From positions 1-47,637 of IMG/VR virus record IMGVR_UViG_3300036520_000011: a stretch of DNA of 47,637 bases; one strand, given 5' to 3'. The notes under the pieces are model-generated. The model did not search any database, was not told the DNA's origin, and saw only the letters and a program-made list of their open reading frames with translations. Origin of the DNA: a virus (taxonomy: Duplodnaviria; Caudoviricetes). Shown here piece by piece: positions 1 to 8,736 of the stretch. The stretch's first letter is position 1, and each line of letters begins with the position of its first letter. The position numbers were made by a program, and so were the translations under genes.

Positions 1-126
1 CTAGGTCCGGGGCAAGGACCGGTGGTGCGAGCGAACCCGTTCCCACCGCCCGAACCGGAAGCGGTCATAGGTGTGCACGAACACAACCTTGACCGCTCCG
101 GGAGCGGGCCGAACGATCCAATCCAT
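1..126 (-). CDS. Small basic 41-aa peptide (MDWIVRPAPGAVKVVFVHTYDRFRFGRWERVRSHHRSLPRT)
   Basis: Hand-translated, below the ORF-track cut-off. RBS AGGAGA lies 6 nt before the ATG at 126 and the TAG stop is at 1-3. Arg-rich V-x-x-Y-x-R-x-R-F-G-R-x-E-x-V-x-x-H-x-R pattern. Confidence 0.7.
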   Translation of the reverse strand: MDWIVRPAPGAVKVVFVHTYDRFRFGRWERVRSHHRSLPRT

Positions 127-267
127 GATGTTTCTCCTGAACCCGGCACCCCATTGCGCCGGGGCCAAAGCGTTCAGGGGTGGTCTCAGGGAATCAGTAG
201 TCGGATCGCTCTTCCACGAATCCTCGGTTCGTAAACGTGGTCAACCCTGCTGATCACTCACGGTTCG

Positions 268-1158
268 CTAGGCGGAGGGGCCGCTCAGTGGTGGGGCGCT
301 GACGCCAATGGCTCCGCCGGTCTCATTATAGCTGATGCCCTTATAAAGATCCTTAAATAAACCGCTCTTCAGTTGCTTGAGCAGCCTCCACTCGGGTGGC
401 GTTGAACTATGGTCCAAATGCTGAATCTCGATGCCGACTGAATCTCTATCAATGAAGCAAAAGAAGTTGTTGTGAAGTGTGGTTCCTATATTTACCTCTA
501 ATTTGCCGTTGAACAGACGTATATCAAGTAGTTTCTTCTTTTTCGAGTTGCGAATCTCTATTCTAGACCCAACTCTATTGAACGAACAAGAAGTATTGAT
601 GGTAAACTGACCATCTAAGATTGCTAGTATAGGAGCGTTCCTGTTCGCCTCGTAGAACACGGCCGTAGGTAGCAAAAAGCCGTTCTCGGCTCGGACGGAT
701 AGTAAATTCCTGTCGTCGAGTTCTATCGCGATGAATTCACTGTTCGGCAATTTATCAAGGGATGATGTTAGTTCGACACCACCTAAGTCAAAGGTGAACG
801 TGCTTCCCGCTTGCTCTATCGGCCAGAAAGGCGTGTGTTCCTGGCTCTTGTTGAAGGGATTTTGGGCGCGATGACGAATAGCTTCCTTGCTAAGCCAGCC
901 TGATTTCCTTGTCTTCAAGGCGTGGTGATTCGGGCACAACAGAATGATATTCTCTTCAAGGTGGACCTTATCCGAGCTCCACTCTTCGACATGATCGTAA
1001 TCGAAAATAGGTAGTCCGCAGAATATGCACCCGTATGCACATTTCTCGCGAACAGCCTTTTTTATCCGCTCGGGAATTGTTCGGGACGGGTGATCTGCTG
1101 GTTTATCCTCGAAGGAGACCTCGAAATTGTACTCTTCTAAGATCTGATCATCCGACAT
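268..1158 (-). CDS. HNH endonuclease-domain protein with uncharacterised C-terminal domain (low-GC cargo)
   Basis: CIFCG...YDH...ENIILLCPNHH HNH/zinc motif in the N-terminal third. Visibly AT-rich. Start overlaps the int stop by 11 nt. Confidence 0.8.
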   Translation of the reverse strand: MSDDQILEEYNFEVSFEDKPADHPSRTIPERIKKAVREKCAYGCIFCGLPIFDYDHVEEWSSDKVHLEENIILLCPNHHALKTRKSGWLSKEAIRHRAQNPFNKSQEHTPFWPIEQAGSTFTFDLGGVELTSSLDKLPNSEFIAIELDDRNLLSVRAENGFLLPTAVFYEANRNAPILAILDGQFTINTSCSFNRVGSRIEIRNSKKKKLLDIRLFNGKLEVNIGTTLHNNFFCFIDRDSVGIEIQHLDHSSTPPEWRLLKQLKSGLFKDLYKGISYNETGGAIGVSAPPLSGPSA

Positions 1159-2278
1159 TTTGACTGCTGCTCCGAAGTTGATGAAGCCTATCCAAGCGGT
1201 TCTGACCAGAGTCAGCCATCCGCCGACGCTCGGCCTGGCGCCGATAGATTCTTGCCGCTGCCTCGCTGGCTTGCTCCAACTGACTCATTATTTCGGCATC
1301 CGACGCACCGGCGCGGGCGAGCTCGACGCCGCGGGCGTGGCGCAGGCCGTGCCAGGAGAGCGGGCAATAGACGTTGCCGTCCTCATCCTCGGCCGCCCGC
1401 ACTTTTCCTGCGGCAGCCAGTTTCGCCAGTAACCGGTCCAGCGCGTGCGACAGTGCCCGTTCCTTCCAGGCGAAGCCGTCCGAGTTGTAGGCGATCGTCA
1501 GTGCGCGTGACGGCGTACGCGCAAGCACGACAGTCAGGCGCGGATCCTCGCGCTTGTCGCAGAGGACCTTCCGCTTCGGCGTGATCCAATAGAGGCGTTG
1601 CTCGGGCTCGCCATCGGCATCGAGCGCCTTCACCCGAGCGGCAAGCGGAATCTGGCAGATGCCGCCCCGCCGGAAGCCGCCCCAGCGGCCGAGCGCGATC
1701 GCGCGCGCTAAGCCAGGCTGCGTCTCGATGCAGGCCTCGATGGCCGCGGTGACTTCGGCGTCCTCCCACATCGGCCGCGCCTCGCCGGCGTCGTGCGGGC
1801 GCCGGACCTTGCGGATGCGTGCGAACGGATCGCCCTCGATCCGCCCGTCGACCATCGCGGCCTCAAGGGCGTTCTTCAGGACCTGTACGCGCATGTTCGC
1901 TGCGGCGTGCCCTCGGGCCGCCCAGGCGTCGCGGAGGTCACGAACGAAGGCGCCATCCACTTCGGATAGGCGCACCTCGCCGAAATCCGCCTTCATCTCC
2001 TCGCAGTAGTCCTCGTACTCCCGCTGCACCCGGGCGCAGTTGGCGCGGAACTCGGCGCTCTTCTTGTAGGCGTCGAGCTGGCCACCGATCGTGCCGGTGC
2101 GCGGAGCAGTCGTGCGCTCCAGCGCTTCGCACTCCTTCACCAGGCGCTCGACCTCGGCGCGGAGCTCGGGCGAGCCGTCCTCGAAGGGCAGTGGGCCGCG
2201 ACGAAAGGCGCCGCGGCGGAAGTAAAGGATCAGGCGGCCGTTCTTCCGGACGCGCTGGACGTATGGGATTCTCTCCAC
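1148..2278 (-). CDS. int: Tyrosine recombinase / phage integrase
   Basis: GGFRRGG (catalytic R), WHGLRH (HxxR) and terminal Y in ARIY; located at the prophage end. Confidence 0.9.
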   Translation of the reverse strand: MERIPYVQRVRKNGRLILYFRRGAFRRGPLPFEDGSPELRAEVERLVKECEALERTTAPRTGTIGGQLDAYKKSAEFRANCARVQREYEDYCEEMKADFGEVRLSEVDGAFVRDLRDAWAARGHAAANMRVQVLKNALEAAMVDGRIEGDPFARIRKVRRPHDAGEARPMWEDAEVTAAIEACIETQPGLARAIALGRWGGFRRGGICQIPLAARVKALDADGEPEQRLYWITPKRKVLCDKREDPRLTVVLARTPSRALTIAYNSDGFAWKERALSHALDRLLAKLAAAGKVRAAEDEDGNVYCPLSWHGLRHARGVELARAGASDAEIMSQLEQASEAAARIYRRQAERRRMADSGQNRLDRLHQLRSSSQNVG

Positions 2279-2601
2279 GTCCCTCCTCCTCGCCGACGAA
2301 CGCGGGCGAGCGCGTCGGATTTCCGATCTACGACGGGCCCTGGCTCTTGCTCGAGCGGAGCGGGCGCGGCCTGTTCACCATGCGCAACGGTCTCCGGCTT
2401 CCGCAAGCGGGCAGGCAGGTTGTCGAGCCACTCGTCCACATGCGCCCGGTTCCAGCGCAGGACGTGCACGCCCAGGTCCACCGGCGCCACCGGGCAGACG
2501 GTCGTGAAGGTCGCCTCGCTGACGCCGATGTATGCGGCGGCCTGAGCACGGCTCAGCAGCTTCGGCCAGGCGTCAGGGATCTCGGAGCCGGGGCGGCTCA
2601 T
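2230..2601 (-). CDS. Excisionase / AlpA-like HTH protein
   Basis: WPKLLSRAQAAAYIGVS...RWNRAHVDEWLD winged-HTH pattern, directly upstream of int. Confidence 0.8.
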   Translation of the reverse strand: MSRPGSEIPDAWPKLLSRAQAAAYIGVSEATFTTVCPVAPVDLGVHVLRWNRAHVDEWLDNLPARLRKPETVAHGEQAAPAPLEQEPGPVVDRKSDALARVRRRGGGTWRESHTSSASGRTAA

Positions 2602-3242
2602 GTGGCACCTGCCGGAATCGTGGCAGCGTCAGCCGCATGGCCTTTCCAGTCGAGATCATTCAGACGGGCCCAAACTGGGATGCGATCTGGGGCGGCGTCC
2701 AGGCGATTGGCTCCGTGCTTGCGATCCTGGTCGCGGTGTTTGTTAGTTGGTGGGAGGGACACCGCACAGATCGGGCTGAGCGCAGGCGACACAGGGAATT
2801 CTATCGATGGCTGTCCGCCGCGGCTCAAGACCTTCAAATGATCGTATCGAGAGCCCTGCAAGAGCATGGGCCTGAAGGTACGCCTCCGGGCTATCGTGCT
2901 CGACTCGCTAACGCCGACCCGTGTGAAGTCGTCTTGGGGAGCTTCCTTCAGCTGCCGGTGATGTCTTGGCCTACTACCGCAGGCTACGGGGAATTGTCCG
3001 CCTATCTGCAGAAGATTGCCACGCCGCTGTACTACCTTCGGTCGGTCAAGGACGGTGAGAAGCTCCAAGATCACCTTCTGCGGATTACCCACGAAGGCTG
3101 GGCGGACACCGAGTACGCCTACACGAAGCTGCTCGTTCGGATCACTCCGAAGCGGCGTTACCGACTCCTGTACCGGATGAGGGCTTGGTGGTCGCTGAGA
3201 GGGCTCAAAGCCAAGCCGGGGTGAGCTCGCTTCCCGGCTCAT
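2598..3242 (-). other. Bridge ORF 1 (214 codons) on the operon strand spanning accessory gene 1
   Basis: ATGA overlap with the upstream stop at 3239-3242, GGAGG RBS before it, and ATGA overlap with the xis start at 2598-2601. Confidence 0.55.
2637..3224 (+). CDS. Antisense accessory gene 1: N-terminal single-TM, helical protein
   Basis: ATG at 2637; TM segment WGGVQAIGSVLAILVAVFVSWW followed by a basic stretch; opposite strand to flanking genes. Confidence 0.8.
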   Translation: MAFPVEIIQTGPNWDAIWGGVQAIGSVLAILVAVFVSWWEGHRTDRAERRRHREFYRWLSAAAQDLQMIVSRALQEHGPEGTPPGYRARLANADPCEVVLGSFLQLPVMSWPTTAGYGELSAYLQKIATPLYYLRSVKDGEKLQDHLLRITHEGWADTEYAYTKLLVRITPKRRYRLLYRMRAWWSLRGLKAKPG

Positions 3243-3802
3243 CCGACCGGCGCCTCCACGCTCAAGGTCGTGACGTAGACGGTCGGGTTCTCCGCCCAGG
3301 CGTCCTCCCCGTTGATCCGATTCCAGAGACGCGCGTAGGCACCTACGGCTGTTGGCTGCACAATGGGTGAGGCGTCGTGGCCCATGTCGGCGATGCCGAA
3401 GCCGTCGTGCAGGCGCTCGATGCCTTCAGCCCGCGCGTCGGCCTCGCTGATGTCGTGCAGCGGCTCCGGCCGCACCGCCTCGACCGTCAGCCCGATGCGG
3501 CAGGCCCAGCGCGGCATGTGGATGGAAGGGCGATAGCCGGGCTTGTCCTTCAGGCCTGCCGCCAGAGCGATGGAGAAGTCCTCGTGCTGCTCCGTCCAAC
3601 TCTGGCGCTCGCTGGCCTGGTAGCGGATGCGCGCGACGTCGCTAAAGCGCTCGTGCAACCGCCACGCCTCCCGCACCCACAGCCGGTCGCCAGCGACCCA
3701 GCGCGGTGCGCGCGTGCGCCTGGTCTGCGTCTTACGGCCGGCGAGTAGTGCGCGAACCATCGGCCCGCTGAATAGGATCGGGTGCTCGTTCAAGACGGCC
3801 AT
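3239..3802 (-). CDS. Phage ASCH/PUA-like protein
   Basis: PILFSGPMVRALLAGRKTQTRR...GDRLWVRE...PSIHMPRWA...DARAEG...W..NP.V signature. Confidence 0.85.
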   Translation of the reverse strand: MAVLNEHPILFSGPMVRALLAGRKTQTRRTRAPRWVAGDRLWVREAWRLHERFSDVARIRYQASERQSWTEQHEDFSIALAAGLKDKPGYRPSIHMPRWACRIGLTVEAVRPEPLHDISEADARAEGIERLHDGFGIADMGHDASPIVQPTAVGAYARLWNRINGEDAWAENPTVYVTTLSVEAPVG

Positions 3803-4431
3803 CCCGGAATCGTAGGAGCTTCCCAGAAGAGGTTCGTGGGTCGAATGCTGATCGATTTTGGTGCCAGCTCTGAGCTGGGAAGCGCTGCAGAGTGGGTTGG
3901 AGCCGTGGGAAGCGTCCTTAGCGGCGGCACAGCGCTTGTGCTTGCGCTGAGAGAGCGGCGCCGCGCGAACGAGGCGGACGCGCGTGCTGACGCAGCAGAA
4001 GCTCGGGAAGCGGCCGCTGAAGCGAAGGCCGAAGCCGCGAAGGAGCGGCAGCGGGAGGAATTGATCGGATCGCTACAGCTGATTGTTGAAAGGGGGCTCG
4101 CCGCCTGCGACGCGCTCTTGGCCGAGCGGGAGGACGTCTTAGTAGGAGAGCGAAATAAGCATGCCCATCCCTGGTTCGACGCGATGGGACGGCTAATGGC
4201 CAAAGTGATTGCACTTAAGTCGCTCTGCGAGGAGCGTCCGCGAACGGCGATGGTGTACGCCGAGTTGATTAAAGCAACCGGGGTCGCACTTCCCTTCCTG
4301 AATATCTCAACGGCAAAAGAGCAGATTGCAGAGGTAGAGCGTCGTCGAGCGGAGTTCCGCCATATCTCTACGCTGCTCGACTTCATCGATCCTCCTGATG
4401 AATGAGCTGAGTGTCTGAAGCTTACCGACAT
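3790..4431 (-). other. Bridge ORF 2 (213 codons) spanning accessory gene 2
   Basis: ATG at 4431 overlaps the RecT-like stop (10-nt overlap) with a GGAGGG RBS; its stop at 3790 lies in the first codons of the ASCH-like gene. Confidence 0.5.
3845..4405 (+). CDS. Antisense accessory gene 2: N-terminal single-TM plus coiled coil
   Basis: AEWVGAVGSVLSGGTALVLAL TM, then RERRR and an Ala/Glu coiled coil; atypical codons. Confidence 0.8.
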   Translation: MLIDFGASSELGSAAEWVGAVGSVLSGGTALVLALRERRRANEADARADAAEAREAAAEAKAEAAKERQREELIGSLQLIVERGLAACDALLAEREDVLVGERNKHAHPWFDAMGRLMAKVIALKSLCEERPRTAMVYAELIKATGVALPFLNISTAKEQIAEVERRRAEFRHISTLLDFIDPPDE

Positions 4432-5267
4432 GCTTCCGGTCCCTCCGCCCGCAGCGGCAGGTCGCCGGGGAACACGTCTTCATTGGGTTGCGGAGCCGCC
4501 GCCTGGGGGGCATCGGGCGACGGCTCCGCGCCCTCAGCCCGGGCGGTGTCGGCCGGAGCGGGCGAGGGATCGGTGAAGTCTGCGTCGGTGACGGGCGAAA
4601 GCTCCGCCTCAACGTGAGCGGCTGAGAAGCCGGAGGCGACGGGCGAGCCTTGCGCCTCCAGCCGAGCGCGGATGCCGGAAGCTTGCGGCGTGACTTCGCG
4701 CGCCGGCTGGAAGTCCTCGACCTCTTCGCGGACCTGAATGCCGCGAAGCATGTCGCCGCAGCCGTCGCGGAGAGACCACGCGCGGGCCCGCATCTGCAGC
4801 ATGCGCTTCGGGTACTGGGTCCAGGGACCGGTCTTGCCCCACAGCCCCGCCTTCTTGGCGTCGGCGACCGAGAAGGTGCGCTCGATCTGCTCGCCGGTGT
4901 CGGGCCGGGTGCATTCACAGTAGGCGACCATTCCGTCGCCTTCGCCCGCGATCCACTCCCGAAGCTTCACGCCGCGCGCGCGGACCACGGCGACCAGGCC
5001 GTCGCCCCAGAGCGTGGGGCGTCCGTTCACGACGGCGAACGACTGCAAGCTCTGGAAGGGCGCGAGGCCGAGCTCCGCGCCGGCCATGATGGCCACCATG
5101 ATCTGCTCGGGCCGGTCGATGCCCTTGGGCGCTAGGCCAGACGCCGCAATGGCGCCGGAAAGGCGGAAGGCCTCGTCCAGCGTCTGCGGCACGAGGGCGG
5201 CGACCTGGGCACCGGCGACGATCTGCGGCTTGGGCCGCTCTTGAGTGGCGGGGACATTGGCGGACAT
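4422..5267 (-). CDS. RecT-like single-strand annealing recombinase
   Basis: GAELGLAPFQSLQSFAVVNGRPTLWGD...W.QYPKRMLQMRAR..LRD; adjacent to an exonuclease. Confidence 0.8.
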   Translation of the reverse strand: MSANVPATQERPKPQIVAGAQVAALVPQTLDEAFRLSGAIAASGLAPKGIDRPEQIMVAIMAGAELGLAPFQSLQSFAVVNGRPTLWGDGLVAVVRARGVKLREWIAGEGDGMVAYCECTRPDTGEQIERTFSVADAKKAGLWGKTGPWTQYPKRMLQMRARAWSLRDGCGDMLRGIQVREEVEDFQPAREVTPQASGIRARLEAQGSPVASGFSAAHVEAELSPVTDADFTDPSPAPADTARAEGAEPSPDAPQAAAPQPNEDVFPGDLPLRAEGPEACR

Positions 5268-6199
5268 CAGGCGGCTAGCTCCTGCTGGATGGTGGCGAGG
5301 CGGTGCTCGATGCGGGTTCGGTGGAAGGGCTTGAGCTCGACGTACTCGGCGTCGGTCTGCTCGCCGCCGGGACCGGGCCAGCGGCCGGTCTCAATGCAGC
5401 GGGCGAAGACAGAGAGGGCGGCGCGGACCTGCTGCTCGCCGAGCTCCAGGTCGCAGGGCTTCAGCGTCTTCACCCGCACGCAGTAGGGCGGGGTCTTTTC
5501 GACGAAGACGAGGCTGAAGCTGGTCAGCTCGCGGCCGAACACGGCGCGGCAGCCCATGGCGACTAGCGCGCCTTGCATGTTCAGGCCATCGCGGCCGATC
5601 GCCGTTTCGATCCCCTCGTCGGTGACGTCGGCGGCGGTCTTCAGGTCGGAGAAGTCGAGGTCCGTCGTCGGGATGGCGTCAGGCCGCGCCTTGAGCCAAA
5701 TCCCGGTCTCGGGATCCTGCCAGACTAGGCTGTGCTCGATCAGGCCGTTCAGGGCGCCGGCGTGTATCAGCGGATGGCCGGCGAGGCTCGCCGCCATGCC
5801 GCGGATGTGCTCGATCTGCTTGCCGACAAGGACCGTCAGCCGCTCGGCCCTCATCGCTTCGAGCCAAAGCTTGCAGTCTTTCCGGTTGCCCTGCCACGGC
5901 GCGCCGTTCAGCTCCTCGGGCCGTACGACGAAGTGGCGGCCGAACTCCGCCTCACCCAGTAGCAGGTGGTGCGCGGCGCGACCGAAGATCAGCGCCTCGC
6001 CGGGCTCCTCCTCAACGCGGTTCGGGTTCAGGTACGAGCCCGCGAAGTAGTGCGCTGCGCTCTCGTAGAAGATGGTCCGCAGGCCGCTCGAGCTGATGCT
6101 CGGGCCGGTCGTCAGCTGCCCGTGATAGGCGTCCATGCTGACGCCGCGGTACAGGCCGGGCGTGTCGATCGGCTCGCCGGTCCAGAGCGTCGCCTCCAT
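5267..6199 (-). CDS. RecE/exonuclease VIII-like PD-(D/E)XK nuclease
   Basis: YH...ISSSGL...FGRAAH...KARPD...DLKT...FVEKTPPY; start re-assigned to ATG 6199 (GGAGG RBS, TGATG coupling). Confidence 0.85.
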   Translation of the reverse strand: MEATLWTGEPIDTPGLYRGVSMDAYHGQLTTGPSISSSGLRTIFYESAAHYFAGSYLNPNRVEEEPGEALIFGRAAHHLLLGEAEFGRHFVVRPEELNGAPWQGNRKDCKLWLEAMRAERLTVLVGKQIEHIRGMAASLAGHPLIHAGALNGLIEHSLVWQDPETGIWLKARPDAIPTTDLDFSDLKTAADVTDEGIETAIGRDGLNMQGALVAMGCRAVFGRELTSFSLVFVEKTPPYCVRVKTLKPCDLELGEQQVRAALSVFARCIETGRWPGPGGEQTDAEYVELKPFHRTRIEHRLATIQQELAA

Positions 6200-6393
6200 C
6201 AGACGACCTCCACCAACAGCATCACCCACATGCCGGCGACGGTCCGGAACCCGACCGCGCCCAGCAGCGACGGCATGACCGCACGCACGGAGGACCGGCG
6301 GCACACGCGGCTGGGCTTCGGCGGCGCCTTCACGATGGGCTGGCGCGCACGCAGCACGGCGACGGGGTAGGGCGCGTTCTCGGCGAGGCGCAT
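6199..6393 (-). CDS. Small hypothetical protein with hydrophobic C-terminus
   Basis: TGATG-coupled on both sides. Confidence 0.6.
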   Translation of the reverse strand: MRLAENAPYPVAVLRARQPIVKAPPKPSRVCRRSSVRAVMPSLLGAVGFRTVAGMWVMLLVEVV

Positions 6394-6695
6394 CAGGCCG
6401 CGCTCGGTGGCGTGCAGCCTCCGACCTCCTGAAGGGCCTCCGCCAGCGCCTGGGCCTTGCCGAGCGTAAGGACGCAGAGGTCCAGGCTGGCGAAGTCGCG
6501 GCCCTTGGCGTCCAGCGCGGCCTGCAGGATTAGATCGTCCAGCAGCGTGGCAGCCGCAGCAGGAGTGAGCGTCGAGCCGGTGCTGGTGATGACGCGGCCG
6601 GCGTGGGCGCAGAAAGCCACCGGGACGTGGCGGTCGCTGTTGTCCACAGCGAGCCGCGGCGTTGGGCGAGTGGGAAAGGCGATGACGTCGGACAC
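6393..6695 (-). CDS. Hypothetical early protein (MSDVIAFPTRP...)
   Basis: GTG start with AGGGG RBS; VIAFP N-terminal motif common in phage early proteins; coupled to the next gene. Confidence 0.6.
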   Translation of the reverse strand: MSDVIAFPTRPTPRLAVDNSDRHVPVAFCAHAGRVITSTGSTLTPAAAATLLDDLILQAALDAKGRDFASLDLCVLTLGKAQALAEALQEVGGCTPPSAA

Positions 6696-6705
6696 GTCGG
6701 ATCCC

Positions 6706-6948
6706 CTATGCAGCCGCCCGCCACCGCGAGGCGGCGAGCAGGGCGTTGCTGAGGTCGGTGAAGGCGCGACGCAGGTACGCCGTGGCGGCGTCACTGGCGG
6801 TCTGGCGGGCTAGGGCGAGCTGCACGAAGGCTTTGACGCCGCGCGCCTCGTCCAGGGTGAGGAAGCGGGTCGCGCCGGTGCCGGTGCTGGCGAACACGTC
6901 GCCGCCGGAGCACCAGTAGAGCAGGCCGTCGGGGGCAGGGGCGCGCAT
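6706..6948 (-). CDS. Hypothetical early protein
   Basis: ATG 6948 in a TGATG overlap; host-like codon usage. Confidence 0.6.
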   Translation of the reverse strand: MRAPAPDGLLYWCSGGDVFASTGTGATRFLTLDEARGVKAFVQLALARQTASDAATAYLRRAFTDLSNALLAASRWRAAA

Positions 6949-7208
6949 CAGGCGGCCTTCCGTGCGCGGATGCGTTCGGCGGCCTTCTCGGCCTGCACGC
7001 GCCTGGCTTCGGCTCGCGCCTGCTCTGCCGCCCACCAATGTCGCGCTTTGCTCTCGGCTTCGGCTGCCGTGGCGGCGAAGAACACGACGGGGTGGTATTC
7101 CTCTTTGCCCTTCTTGCGAGCCTTCGGGCTCATGGCGGGCAGGAGGATGCGGGCGCAGGCCTCGTTGCCGGTAGGGGCATTGGTGCTGGTCCAGGTGACG
7201 ACGCGCAT
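6948..7208 (-). CDS. Hypothetical early protein
   Basis: GGAG RBS; operon context; ends in -AA. Confidence 0.65.
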   Translation of the reverse strand: MRVVTWTSTNAPTGNEACARILLPAMSPKARKKGKEEYHPVVFFAATAAEAESKARHWWAAEQARAEARRVQAEKAAERIRARKAA

Positions 7209-7213
7209 GACGG

Positions 7214-7498
7214 CTACTCCGCCGCCATCAGGAGGAATTCGCCCGCGCCTTCAGCAACGGGAGGCGGGGTCAGTTGGCGGATCCGAGCCGCGCCGTTGCG
7301 TTTGGCCGCTTCAAGCCGGTCGATCTGGCGGCGGTGGCCGTTGGCCGATGCAGGGCTGTTCCGGAGCGCCCACGCCAGCGCCCGCCGGCACACGCCAAGC
7401 TGCTGGTCGTAGCGCTCCAGCGTCTCCTCGATCCGAGCGACGCTCGTCTCGTAGGTGAAGGGCCAGAAGGCCGAAGCGGGGGTGCCGCGGGTCTGCAT
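7214..7498 (-). CDS. First gene of the leftward early operon, hypothetical
   Basis: GGAGA RBS; lies just downstream of the putative pL/OL. Confidence 0.65.
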   Translation of the reverse strand: MQTRGTPASAFWPFTYETSVARIEETLERYDQQLGVCRRALAWALRNSPASANGHRRQIDRLEAAKRNGAARIRQLTPPPVAEGAGEFLLMAAE

Positions 7499-7534
7499 CG
7501 GTCGTCTCCGTCAGCGCTGGGCTGATGAGGAGAG

Positions 7535-7578
7535 AACAGCATTTATGCCGCTATGCCGTCAACAGCATTTATGCCGCT
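7535..7578. promoter_or_regulatory. Left operator (two AACAGCATTTATGCCGCT copies) overlapping a leftward promoter (TTGACG -35 on minus strand)
   Basis: Exact 18-bp direct repeat at 7535-7552 and 7561-7578; imperfect palindrome; the same motif recurs between cI and cro. Confidence 0.8.
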
Positions 7579-7620
7579 TATTGGTCGAAGCGGCCTATGC
7601 CACGCTTAGTTGGGGGTCCT

Positions 7621-8052
7621 ATGAGAAGAATACTGATCGCTCTGACGATTTTCACGGCCACGACCGTCTGCGGGAATGCTCAGGCTCAAGACGGCGCTTC
7701 AGCGCGCGCTTGGATGGAGACGAACCTCAAGGCGGACGGCTGGAGCTACCTGGGAAGCGCGACTGACCTCATCGCCATTTATCGCCGAGCCCTCGCGCCG
7801 CCTTCCTCCAAGCGGGCCTGGATCCGCTACGAGCACACAGCCCCGACAAAGGACGGGGTACGAAGTCGCGTAATGCTTTATGACGTTGATTGCAGTCAGT
7901 ACCGGGTGCGTCAGTTGCAGTCGTCGACCTACAGCCGGAACAACATGCAGGGAGAGGGTCAGCGGGAGGGGGAAGTCGCCAGCTGGGAGTACGGGGCCCC
8001 TGGAACTTTCCTGGAAGCCTTCGCGCAGGCGATTTGCTCAGACGAAAGCTGA
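7621..8052 (+). CDS. Exported protein resembling the surface-adhesin E family
   Basis: Signal peptide MRRILIALTIFTATTVCGNAQA; YDVDC...W...PGT...C pattern; located in the immunity region. Confidence 0.65.
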   Translation: MRRILIALTIFTATTVCGNAQAQDGASARAWMETNLKADGWSYLGSATDLIAIYRRALAPPSSKRAWIRYEHTAPTKDGVRSRVMLYDVDCSQYRVRQLQSSTYSRNNMQGEGQREGEVASWEYGAPGTFLEAFAQAICSDES

Positions 8053-8736
8053 GTAGGCACCGATCACCAGCCCGACGATCTCAACTTCAACGTCTTCTTC
8101 TTCAGGCACTCCGTCGGTGAGAACGATCGGCTTCGACCATCGTTGATTGGTCGAACGAGGCCACAGCTCCACGACGCCAGCGCCATCCAGCGCCACCTGC
8201 TTGATGGTGCGCTCCCGGATCGAACCTCCAGCGCGGCGCCGCTCGACTACAACGAAGTCGCCGTGGCGCGGCGCGTATCCCATTTCAATCGCGTCTACGA
8301 CGTGGGCGTATCCACCCTCGGGAATGCGCAGGTTGACGCTATCCCCGACGACGAGCTCCAGCCACTGCGGCCACTCGGCATAACGTGGATCTGGCGCCAC
8401 CGGATGTGAGGCGTCATCCGGTGCGACTTGAGCGTAATCGTCGACTTCAAACCAGTGGCCAGCCTGCACTTTGTGTCTGACCGTCAGGAAAGCAGGAACG
8501 AGCTGCGACTCTCGAGCGCTGGCGAATGATGGGGCCTCGACGGCCGCTGCGTCTGCGAGCTTGGCCAATGTGCGGCTGCTAGTGACGAATTCGTAGTCGT
8601 CTTTCAGCGGCCTCTGAACGGTGGTGGGGGCTAGCTGAGCCTTCTTCGCCCAGGCGGCAGCAGTCCACCCCTTCTCTGCGAGTACGGACCTCATCCAAGT
8701 CCGGATCTGTGCCGCCACCTCAGCCTGGTCTGCCAT
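8038..8736 (-). CDS. cI: CI-like repressor (HTH plus S24 autoprotease)
   Basis: N-terminal HTH; GDSV (catalytic Ser) and RTIKQ (catalytic Lys); divergent from a cro-like gene. Confidence 0.88.
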   Translation of the reverse strand: MADQAEVAAQIRTWMRSVLAEKGWTAAAWAKKAQLAPTTVQRPLKDDYEFVTSSRTLAKLADAAAVEAPSFASARESQLVPAFLTVRHKVQAGHWFEVDDYAQVAPDDASHPVAPDPRYAEWPQWLELVVGDSVNLRIPEGGYAHVVDAIEMGYAPRHGDFVVVERRRAGGSIRERTIKQVALDGAGVVELWPRSTNQRWSKPIVLTDGVPEEEDVEVEIVGLVIGAYSAFV

